From an uncultured Fibrobacterales bacterium (GTDB lineage: Bacteria; Fibrobacterota; Fibrobacteria; Fibrobacterales; CAWVXU01), in assembly GCA_963934255.1 (NCBI GenBank), contig CAWVXU010000034.1, positions 1 to 25,546 on the forward strand: a DNA stretch of 25,546 nucleotides, given 5' to 3'. Made by a program: the position numbers and the translations under genes. Positions 18,031-25,546 of the stretch are shown in pieces (within the stretch, counting starts at the first letter, position 1; each line of letters begins with the position of its first letter). The notes beneath the pieces are model-generated. The model had not been told where the DNA came from and searched no databases. It saw nothing but the letters and a program-made list of their open reading frames with translations.

Positions 18031-19200
18031 TTATTTGGATTGAGCGTAAATTTTAGCGATAAGCAAGGCATGATCTGCTGCCCATAAAGGAGGTGCGCCT
18101 TCGATAACTATCGGGCCAAGCGGATGATAACTCACCTCGCCACCAACCACATTTCTGACTAAAGCATAGTCTAAGACATTTTCCATTGTCAGCTCTGCAC
18201 CATCTAAAGCTTGGCAACAACTCACACCATCTGATGACCCTAATTCCCTGAGGTCCATAAAAGTATTAGTCGATGAAAGAATTTCATGAGTCCCGGTGCC
18301 CGGTGTGTAGTTCAAATCACCTACAATAATTTGAGCTATTTCAGGATCTCGACGCCCATCCATCGCAATCAATAATTCTGCGGCCTGATTTTTAGACTGT
18401 GTCGCTAATATAGAGACTTCCAAATGGTTGGAGCCCACTTCAAATACTTTTTTTCCCTTTTGAACCTTAGCCCAAACATTACCGCGTTCAGAATAGAATA
18501 TTTTATCTTCCAAGAAAGGAACACCCAATATGCTCTTAAACATATCAACGCCATCGGCTACAATTGTCAGTGACTTTTTTACTAAAATTGCATTGCCCTC
18601 ATAAAATTTAAGATCGAGTAGACTGTCTTTCTCAAGCTCAGTTCCATCATTTAAACTATCACCTACACGAGCTTGAAGCTTGAGTTCAAGCTCATTCATT
18701 TTTTGGAAATGTGTCACATATTCGGATCCACCAGCAGCTTGAATTAATTGCGGTAGGTCAGTTATATAATCTGAATTAATCTCTCCATCTTTTAAAAAGA
18801 CCATCACTTCTTGTAGTGCAATGACATCGGGATCATAAAAGGCAAAAGAATCTGCTTGTATTTTTAGGCGTTCATTAGGGCGATTTCTCTCATATTGCTC
18901 CCATAGTGCTTCCATATTTCTAAACACATTCATCGAATCATCTTGATTGGTAAATAATAAATTTTGAACCTGAAAGCCGATAGTCTGGTTGAGAACAGCA
19001 ACTACCAGTGTATCCTGAGTTTTAGTTGAATCAAACTCTTCTAAGGCAGGCTCATTACTTGACTTTAAAAATAAAGGCTCATTGCTCGACTCTACACTAC
19101 AGCCAACAAACGCCACCAAGGTGAGGAAACTCAATAGAAGTAGATAAGTAGGGTTTGATTTAGAACTAGATTGAAAAAAATGAACAAAGTGGTTTTTCAT
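18031..19200 (-). CDS. Endonuclease/exonuclease/phosphatase (EEP) family lipoprotein
   Basis: Lipobox-like AFVGC; PDVIALQEV, GNAIL, NHLE, IIVGDLN, LDY, ADH metal/catalytic motifs. Confidence 0.85.
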   Translation of the reverse strand: MKNHFVHFFQSSSKSNPTYLLLLSFLTLVAFVGCSVESSNEPLFLKSSNEPALEEFDSTKTQDTLVVAVLNQTIGFQVQNLLFTNQDDSMNVFRNMEALWEQYERNRPNERLKIQADSFAFYDPDVIALQEVMVFLKDGEINSDYITDLPQLIQAAGGSEYVTHFQKMNELELKLQARVGDSLNDGTELEKDSLLDLKFYEGNAILVKKSLTIVADGVDMFKSILGVPFLEDKIFYSERGNVWAKVQKGKKVFEVGSNHLEVSILATQSKNQAAELLIAMDGRRDPEIAQIIVGDLNYTPGTGTHEILSSTNTFMDLRELGSSDGVSCCQALDGAELTMENVLDYALVRNVVGGEVSYHPLGPIVIEGAPPLWAADHALLIAKIYAQSK

Positions 19201-19245
19201 AAGGACCTCAAGGTTTAGTGCAATGAATTTAAAATAGAAATCAAC

Positions 19246-20238
19246 TTATAATTCTAGGTAATAATACAGTTTCATTGTAATAAACCACCCACTAAAATCA
19301 CCTTGAATTTGATTATAATATTTATCACTTAAAATGAATTGATCCTTTGTCAAGCTGACTAATTCGTTTTCATCTTTTGATGTATTAGGGAAGCTCTGAA
19401 TGTAAAGCCTTTGACCATTTTCAATGGGATCACCCATCACAACATCAAAAATCTCTGAACTACCCGTTTTATTAGAAATTTCAAACTTAGCCAGTTGAGA
19501 TATACGCCAACCACCACGAAGGCTCATACCAAAAGAGGGCCAAGGTCGATACTCTATATCAAGGGCTAATTTCTGTAAAAGATTGACTCCAGGCCAAATT
19601 TCAAAGCTTAAAGTATCACCTTGAGTTCGTCCAAATATATAATCGGTAGAAACAGTTGTTTCGGTCAGTCCACCCATAATTCCAATACCATAAGATGGAC
19701 TGATATAAAGTTGTGACAATGGTTTAAATTGGTACCCCAAATTTAAAGTAATGGGTATAAATGCAAAAGACTGTCTTGCTTCTAAACAACCAGTAATTGA
19801 CCCACTTAAAGGAATAAAGTTTGGGTCTCGTAAAATTTCACAATTGAGTTGATCTGTTGACGTAAATTGTGGGTCTTCATTTCGCTTTGTATAAAAAGAA
19901 ACATCTTCTTGAGTAAACTCCTCTACCCAATAATCTAATTCGACACTCAACCTCCATGAGTCTAGCTCATATCCTAGTTCGAAAATTTGATAAGGGTGTC
20001 CGTCAAATTCACCTCGACTATAATTATTGAAACCCCCAGAACTATCTGAAGTCTTTTTAGCTAGTAGAACCATGGCTTCATTGAGTTCACCCGCTTCATA
20101 ATGTGTGTAGCCCGCACCCCATGAAATATAAAGATTACCAGAAGGTTCATTGCTTGTCTTATCCGCAAAAACAGAAATGCTCAACAACCCTACAAACAGG
20201 CCGCTGAGCATTAAAAATGTGTTTGAGAAATTAATCAA
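19246..20238 (-). CDS. Hypothetical outer-membrane beta-barrel protein
   Basis: Signal peptide; amphipathic strands (FIPITLNLGYQF, LYISPSYGIGIM); C-terminal GDFSGWFITMKLYYYL. Start overlaps the lysA stop. Confidence 0.7.
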   Translation of the reverse strand: MINFSNTFLMLSGLFVGLLSISVFADKTSNEPSGNLYISWGAGYTHYEAGELNEAMVLLAKKTSDSSGGFNNYSRGEFDGHPYQIFELGYELDSWRLSVELDYWVEEFTQEDVSFYTKRNEDPQFTSTDQLNCEILRDPNFIPLSGSITGCLEARQSFAFIPITLNLGYQFKPLSQLYISPSYGIGIMGGLTETTVSTDYIFGRTQGDTLSFEIWPGVNLLQKLALDIEYRPWPSFGMSLRGGWRISQLAKFEISNKTGSSEIFDVVMGDPIENGQRLYIQSFPNTSKDENELVSLTKDQFILSDKYYNQIQGDFSGWFITMKLYYYLEL

Positions 20239-21514
20239 CTGAAGCAGCCTTAAGAGCTCCTAAATGACTGGGTACTTTTTCGAATTGCATAATGGCTTCA
20301 AAGGTCTGACGCTCACGAATCGTGAGTAATTCAGAATTATGAACCAAAACTTCAGCAGCAATGCGGCGTGTATTATAATTTGAACTCATCGCCATACCAT
20401 AAGCACCCGCATCATGAAGAATTAAATAGTCTCCAATCTTGGCTGTTGGTAATGCGCGGGTAGTCACAAAACCACCATCTTCTTGAGTAAATACATCACA
20501 AGATTCACAAAGAGGACCAGCTACAATAGCATCAGTTGCTCCTTCAAATTTCGTATCGTCTTGAGAGACAATTGTAATGTGGTGATAAGCACCATAAAAT
20601 GAAGGGCGGACCAAATCATTAAAGCCAGCATCAATCAAATAAAAATTCTTTTGTGCTTGCTGTTTGATAGAAGCAATACGAGTCACTAAGTAACCAGACT
20701 CTGCTATTAAATAGCGACCAGGCTCCGCTTCAAGAGTGATGTCATGACCTAGCTCTTCTTGGATTTTTAGACGTGCATCATTCCAAACATCATAGTAAGC
20801 TTGCACGTCAATACGGGTAGGGTCTTCTTTATGATAAGGTATAGGAAGTCCACCACCTGCTGAAACGACTTTCAAGGTTTGGCCTACTCGACGAGCGGCA
20901 TCCACCATTGAGTTAGCCACAGCCGATAAATGTTCAAAATCAGAACCAGACCCAATATGCATGTGCAAACCATGAATATTTATTCCATGCTTTAAACCAA
21001 GTGCCATACATTCTTCAATTTGCTCATGCCAAATGCCATGCTTAGAAACATCACCACCGGTATTAACTTTTGCTGAATGACCATGGCCAAATCCTGGATT
21101 AATACGAAGAGTAACATCCACATTAATCCCCGCTTCTGCAAGTTGAGGGATCATATCTGGTGAACCTACATTCACAGGTACATTGTATTTTTTAATGACC
21201 TTGAGCGCGTCTTCATCGAACATGTCAGCAGTAAACACAATACCAGGATGCTCTCCCTCTGTGGTGTAGCCTGCTTTAATAGCACGAATTACTTCACCAG
21301 CCGAAACTGCATCAACGACAACGCCTTGGTTTTTCATAATCTTTAAAATTGCTAAATTCGAATTTGCCTTTTGAGCATAGCGAATCACATCAAAGGATTT
21401 TACTTCTGAAATACGTTTTTCGATAGTTGCTTGATCGTACACCCATGTAGGTGTTCCGAATTTAGAGGCAACTTCTTTGACATCAAATAAGGTAACGGCT
21501 GCAAGTTGGTTCAT
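20231..21514 (-). CDS. lysA: Diaminopimelate decarboxylase
   Basis: GTPTWVYD, RYAQKANSN (PLP Lys), LRINPGFGHGH, SKHGI, HMHIGSG, SAGGG, EPGRYL, GPLCESCD, GAYGMAMSSNYN. Confidence 0.96.
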   Translation of the reverse strand: MNQLAAVTLFDVKEVASKFGTPTWVYDQATIEKRISEVKSFDVIRYAQKANSNLAILKIMKNQGVVVDAVSAGEVIRAIKAGYTTEGEHPGIVFTADMFDEDALKVIKKYNVPVNVGSPDMIPQLAEAGINVDVTLRINPGFGHGHSAKVNTGGDVSKHGIWHEQIEECMALGLKHGINIHGLHMHIGSGSDFEHLSAVANSMVDAARRVGQTLKVVSAGGGLPIPYHKEDPTRIDVQAYYDVWNDARLKIQEELGHDITLEAEPGRYLIAESGYLVTRIASIKQQAQKNFYLIDAGFNDLVRPSFYGAYHHITIVSQDDTKFEGATDAIVAGPLCESCDVFTQEDGGFVTTRALPTAKIGDYLILHDAGAYGMAMSSNYNTRRIAAEVLVHNSELLTIRERQTFEAIMQFEKVPSHLGALKAASVD

Positions 21515-21524
21515 TTTATTCCTT

Positions 21525-22118
21525 TTATTTAACTTCTATAACATTATTATGTCCATGTGCGGAATCAATTGTCGGAGACTGTGGGTCACATTCCCAACTT
21601 GAACCGTCAAAAACAAACTTATATTCATAGATTCCTGGCGCTAATGAAAGTTGCACAGTCCAGAATCCGTCTTTAGATTTGGTCATTTTGTTTATAGTAG
21701 GGTCCCATTTATTAAATGTACCGGCAATTTCAACACTACCCGATAGTGGTGAGTAATAGCTTAATCCTACTTTGCGAATAATTTTGTCCGCAGAAACTTT
21801 TTTAGCTGCAACTTTTTTAGTAACAACTTTTTTAGCTGCAACTTTTTTAACCACAGTTTTTTCTGCAACTTTAGTTGGAGTTACTGTGTTTTTAATAATC
21901 GCTTTTTTAACTGCTACTTTTTTAACCACAGTTTTTTTAGCTACTACTTTTTTAACCACAGGCTTAGCAACCACTTTTTTTGTCGCAGCTTTTTCAGCTA
22001 CTTTCGTTGTGGTTGTTTTGGCTGTAGTTTTTACCGCAGCTTTAGCCGCCGATGACTTTACAGCTGTCTTGGTTGTAGCTTTTTTTAATGCTTTCTTGGC
22101 AATATTTTTGTTACTCAT
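21525..22118 (-). CDS. Histone H1/Hc2-like Lys-rich repeat region fused to an AMPK-beta/CBM48-type glycogen-binding domain
   Basis: Residues 1-116 hold about 36 Lys and 3 acidic residues, with KKVVA/KKTVV/KKVAA pentads. The C-terminus reads VEIAGTFNKWD...WTVQLSLAPGIYEYKFVFDGSSWECDP...HNNVIEV. GAGGGA RBS. Confidence 0.88.
   Translation of the reverse strand: MSNKNIAKKALKKATTKTAVKSSAAKAAVKTTAKTTTTKVAEKAATKKVVAKPVVKKVVAKKTVVKKVAVKKAIIKNTVTPTKVAEKTVVKKVAAKKVVTKKVAAKKVSADKIIRKVGLSYYSPLSGSVEIAGTFNKWDPTINKMTKSKDGFWTVQLSLAPGIYEYKFVFDGSSWECDPQSPTIDSAHGHNNVIEVK
21789..21980 (-). repeat. Imperfect 15-bp coding tandem repeats (KKxxx pentapeptides)
   Basis: Plus-strand units such as AGCTGCAACTTTTTT, AACCACAGTTTTTTT and AACTGCTACTTTTTT recur at ~15-bp spacing. 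Confidence 0.85.
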
Positions 22119-22267
22119 TGATTTTCCCTCTTTAATTTTTATAATATCATTATCGCCCTATGGCCTTCACAAATATATTAAAGTAAATCAAGGAAATTAT
22201 CTTAAATTTGTATCAAAGAGAACATTGAGCAAAATTGAACATATATCCCGCCTACAGGAAAATCCAA

Positions 22268-22924
22268 ATGAAACCCCAAACTATCATAGCCCCTTCCATT
22301 TTGAGTGCTGATTTTACTGATTTAGATAGTGCGATCCTCCAAGCCCAAGACGGTGGAGCTACCTGGTTACACATTGATGTCATGGATGGACACTTCGTTC
22401 CCAACCTCACAATTGGACCACCTGTCCTTAAAAGCATTCGAGCTAAGACCAAGCTGACACTTGATTGTCACTTAATGATCTCCAATCCAGAAGAGATGAT
22501 CCCACTATTTGCCCAAGCTGGAGCTGATAACATATGTGTTCATGTTGAGTCAACCAATCATCTTGATCGAGTTATTCATCAAATTCAGGAGCTTGGATGT
22601 CAAGCGGGTGTTGCTTTAAATCCAGCAACTCCAGTAGAAACTATTTTCCCCATATTGCACTTATTAGACATGGTCCTCATAATGAGTGTCAATCCTGGCT
22701 TTGGTGGTCAAAAATTCATCCCCTATAGTCTAGATAAAGTAAGGGCTATTCGTGCAAAATCACCTGAGCTTAATATCCAAATTGATGGTGGAATTAACGC
22801 CTCTAACATCAAAGAAGTCTATGATGCTGGCGTAAATAATTTTGTAGCAGGATCTGCTGTCTATAATTCATCTGATCCGGTTGCCTCAATCAAAGAACTT
22901 TACTCTCTGGCTCAAATCTTTTAG
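22268..22924 (+). CDS. rpe: Ribulose-phosphate 3-epimerase
   Basis: IAPSILSADF, HIDVMDGHFVPNLTIG, DCHLMI, GVALNPATP, MSVNPGFGGQKFI, IDGGIN, VAGSA. Start re-called at ATG 22268 (AGGA RBS). Confidence 0.96.
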   Translation: MKPQTIIAPSILSADFTDLDSAILQAQDGGATWLHIDVMDGHFVPNLTIGPPVLKSIRAKTKLTLDCHLMISNPEEMIPLFAQAGADNICVHVESTNHLDRVIHQIQELGCQAGVALNPATPVETIFPILHLLDMVLIMSVNPGFGGQKFIPYSLDKVRAIRAKSPELNIQIDGGINASNIKEVYDAGVNNFVAGSAVYNSSDPVASIKELYSLAQIF

Positions 22925-23042
22925 ACGTTTTCGTATTTTTAGGTCTCTACTTCAAAAATTTACCAAATTCTCTCATTTCCTTTTTGTTAGGCAGTACTGG
23001 TGGATTAAATTGAATATATAGACTCTGAGAGAGGAGGCTTAT

Positions 23043-23451
23043 ATGTCATCATTTCAACAAGTAAGGGGCATCATAAATCATTCTGTTGATTTTCATAAGC
23101 AAGCCCATACTCTTTATAGTAGGTTAATGGTAAATAGCACAAATGAAAGATCAAAATTACTGCTTGATTACCTAATCTCCCATAGCAAAAAACTAATTGA
23201 GACTTATCAACGCTATCAAACTGAATCACACTCACTTTTTTCAAAAATTTGACTCTGAAAGTGACTTAAGTGTCAGTGAGGTCGAAGAGTTAGGTTTTTG
23301 TCTAGACAACTACATGCTTAGTCTTTATAAGGAGCTCAAGGAACACGCTGAGTTTGGTTCCGCAGAAGATATTTTTGTGGATATTTTGGATAGGGAAGAA
23401 AAACAAAAACGCCAATTAAGCTATGCTGTTGGAGCAGTATGGGATTTTTAG
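23043..23451 (+). pseudogene. Frameshifted ferritin/rubrerythrin-like four-helix protein
   Basis: Strong GAGGAGG RBS. The first frame gives ...DFHKQAHTLYSRL...ERSKLLLDYLISH... and stops at TGA 23250-23252. The +1 frame continues ...LSVSEVEELGFCLDNYMLSLYKELKEHAE...DIFVDILDREEKQKRQL. The switch lies near the T6-C-A5 run at 23236-23247. Confidence 0.7.
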
Positions 23452-23598
23452 AGAAACACTTGGTTTAAAAATCATGAAAGATTGCAGTAGTATTAGAGAA
23501 TACTGCTTTGAATTGATATGATAATCAACTATCATTTCTTTGTAGCTAGCTTCTTTGGAAGTTAGCTCTCTCTCCTGTGAATAAGAAATTATTGATTT

Positions 23599-23631
23599 AT
23601 GCGCTGCCGGTCCCCTGGTGGCGCGTTTTTT
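23599..23631 (+). terminator. Rho-independent terminator
   Basis: ATGCGCTGCCGG-TCCC-CTGGTGGCGCGT followed by TTTTT. Its G.U wobble pairs only form on the + strand. Confidence 0.7.
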
Positions 23632-23700
23632 GTGGACCAAGTTTGTGGCCGCTTATTTTTTGGGAAGACTCTTAGGCTTTGGGGGGAGTTCTAGTATTGA

Positions 23701-24240
23701 CTATTTTTGCATTAATTGTTGTGCAAAAGCTTCTTGCATCATCTTCATCATCAAAGCTTGGAATTCCTCTTTACTCGGAGCTGATTTTATTGCGGTTTCA
23801 GCTTCGACCTGAGTCACCCTTTTGAAGCTAACTTTTTCCACTTGAGCATTCTTTGAGCCATTCATTTGAACAATACGTAATTTGCCTTGAACTAATTCAG
23901 CTATCAGCTCGCGTTCTTTTTGTTCTTTATTTGCTGTACACTTGACATGCAGTCTTTTGTTTTTGATTTCAAATGGCTGACACTTGGCTTGCTCGCGCTC
24001 ACCTAGCATGTTGAGTACCACCTGATTATCACCTAATTCAACGACAATGGAATTCATCATATTCAAAACCACCTTAGGTAGTTTCGAGATTTCATCTTTT
24101 TCAGCCGCACTCATCATGGCTTGACTAGCCTCTATATCAGCCACCCAAAAACCTTGATAATCAGATACTTTTTCTTGAGACCATGTTAAGCTCAAGATAC
24201 CAATAACAGCAGCGCCTATAGTTTTTGCAAGTTTGTTCAT
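23701..24240 (-). CDS. Secreted hypothetical protein (possibly lipocalin-like beta fold)
   Basis: AAGGA RBS; signal peptide MNKLAKTIGAAVIGILSLTWS|Q; early GFW motif; beta-strand-rich middle region. Confidence 0.75.
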   Translation of the reverse strand: MNKLAKTIGAAVIGILSLTWSQEKVSDYQGFWVADIEASQAMMSAAEKDEISKLPKVVLNMMNSIVVELGDNQVVLNMLGEREQAKCQPFEIKNKRLHVKCTANKEQKERELIAELVQGKLRIVQMNGSKNAQVEKVSFKRVTQVEAETAIKSAPSKEEFQALMMKMMQEAFAQQLMQK

Positions 24241-24436
24241 GTTAGTTCCTTAATAGTGACCACGCTAATCTACAAAAGCCTGATTTATTCAGCTTTGGTT
24301 TATTGAGTTAAACAGCAGAATCTTCTATGATATGGACAAGTTTGCCTGTTATAACTCTTCTTTTCAGTACAATAACCAAGATTATAGGGGTTTTTTATTA
24401 TTTTTGAGTCAAATTTACCACCATCAAGGAATCTTT

Positions 24437-25336
24437 ATGGGAACTAGCTTAAAATATTCTGTTTTAATAACAGCCTATAAAGAGCCCAATACCATTGGCA
24501 AAGCTATTGATTCCTTTGCAGTCCAAATGGATCCTAGGATATCTGAATTGATTGTGGTATGTCCTGACGAAGAAACTACAGAGGTTGTGCTTCAGCGAGC
24601 AGAAATTTATCCTTTTGTCCGTCATGTCCAAGACCCAAAATTGGGTAAACCAGCGGCTCTGAATATCGGAATGAAAGAAATCCGTGGTGAGATGGTCTTC
24701 TTAAGTGATGGTGATGTTTGGGTTGGCGAAGATAGTTTAGCCCCTATGCTGAAAATTTTAGAAGACCCAAAGGTCGGAGCGGTAACAGCTCGACCAATAA
24801 GCATTAGTCCTCGAACTACCATGTTGGGGTTTTGGTCACATCTCTTGACTCATGCAATTCACGAGATGCGTCAAACTCGAGATAAAGAAGGTCGATTTCT
24901 TATATTATCTGGATACTATTTTGCGTACAAACCAGCTCTCATTGACAAAATCCCTGAAGATGCTTTATCTGAAGATGCCGTAATTTCACATATGCTTTTT
25001 GATCAAGATTACCAAGTTCGCTATTGTCAACAAGCTGAAGTCTACGTCAAGTATCCAACCACATACAAAGATTGGCTGATTCAAAAAGTTCGCAGTGCAG
25101 GTGGCTACGCTCAAGACTATATTCGTAAGTCAAAACACAATATGCGATCACCACTAAGTGAAGCTATTCACGGAACATCACTGGCTTTAAAATTCCCCAA
25201 GACGCTTAAAGAGTCTGCATGGACCTATATGCTTTTTATTGCAAGAGTTCATTTATGGAGTTTAGTTTTTATTAATGTTCGAGTGATGAAACGACCACTT
25301 AGTACTTTGTGGAAACGAGTTGAGACTACAAAGTGA
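24437..25336 (+). CDS. Glycosyltransferase family 2
   Basis: Start re-called at 24437 (AAGGA RBS). SVLITAYKE, GKPAALNIG, SDGD (DxD), SED catalytic-base motif, QKVRS in place of QxxRW. Confidence 0.9.
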   Translation: MGTSLKYSVLITAYKEPNTIGKAIDSFAVQMDPRISELIVVCPDEETTEVVLQRAEIYPFVRHVQDPKLGKPAALNIGMKEIRGEMVFLSDGDVWVGEDSLAPMLKILEDPKVGAVTARPISISPRTTMLGFWSHLLTHAIHEMRQTRDKEGRFLILSGYYFAYKPALIDKIPEDALSEDAVISHMLFDQDYQVRYCQQAEVYVKYPTTYKDWLIQKVRSAGGYAQDYIRKSKHNMRSPLSEAIHGTSLALKFPKTLKESAWTYMLFIARVHLWSLVFINVRVMKRPLSTLWKRVETTK

Positions 25337-25343
25337 TTTGCTA

Positions 25344-25546
25344 ATGAAATTCGGAGTCATCACAACACAAACAAAGACCCTCTCTTATTGGGAAAATTCA
25401 ATCCTAGAGTTTTTCTCTACTCAAAGTTACACTGAGGAAATTCACTCTCTTAACATCTGTTATCACCCCCAAGTCAAATCTCAAAATACAAACATTCTTT
25501 GTGGCTTGCTGGTTAAAACACAGTACATGATTGAGAAAAAACTTCA
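25344..25546 (+). CDS. Partial CDS (N-terminus only), probably co-transcribed with the GT2 gene
   Basis: ATG 7 nt after the GT2 stop. Open frame MKFGVITTQTKTLSYWENSILEFF...YMIEKNF runs to the window edge. Confidence 0.65.
   Translation, partial: MKFGVITTQTKTLSYWENSILEFFSTQSYTEEIHSLNICYHPQVKSQNTNILCGLLVKTQYMIEKKL

Noticed and set aside
21789..21980. Periodic repeats as a possible CRISPR array
   Set aside because: The units are degenerate 15-bp in-frame coding repeats with no unique spacers, and there are no cas genes.
21772..22311. 179-aa hydrophobic + strand ORF (FLAATFLVTT repeats)
   Set aside because: It is the antisense shadow of the Lys-rich repeats (AAA read as TTT). There is no independent sign of coding.
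8131..24436. Longer N-termini given by the ORF track for the porin (8131), pyrF (9864), barrel (16097), rpe (22235) and GT2 (24332)
   Set aside because: Downstream ATGs have clear RBS motifs and give family-typical N-termini.
2137..24822. Other short ORFs nested in or antisense to long genes (2137, 3772, 4924, 5188, 6312, 7120, 7359, 8216, 10089, 11730, 11734, 13504, 16615, 22252, 23416, 23618, 24622)
   Set aside because: They overlap well-supported genes or terminator structures in other frames and show no motifs or convincing RBS.

Overview
AT-rich (roughly 37-38% GC by eye) bacterial chromosomal segment with standard genetic code. The likely origin is a Gram-negative, polysaccharide-degrading member of the FCB group, most plausibly Fibrobacterota. 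This is an inference from a decayed Fib_succ_major/FISUMP-like gene, a GH9 glucanase with a T9SS-like tail, and many lipoproteins and beta-barrels. The window is mostly housekeeping and envelope genes: bioA, lipA, cyclophilin, pyrF, hflK, hflC, lysA, rpe, a GT2 glycosyltransferase, an Omp85-like barrel, a TorF/Gcw_chp-like porin and other barrels. I found no transposase, integrase, reverse transcriptase, CRISPR array, tRNA or rRNA. The most unusual items are: (1) a long Lys/Ala/Val histone-like tail fused to an AMPK-beta-type glycogen-binding domain; (2) a membrane adenylate cyclase with a periplasmic CBM11/CIA30-like domain; (3) a hybrid sensor kinase whose phospho-acceptor His is Gln and whose G-boxes are eroded, while its receiver is intact, sitting just upstream of hflKC; (4) a ~124-nt multi-branched RNA-like fold in the leader of the GH9 gene; (5) a SirB1-like/YccV(HspQ) fusion; (6) a candidate ~100-nt sRNA; and (7) three broken genes. 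All family calls come from manual motif recognition, not database searches.
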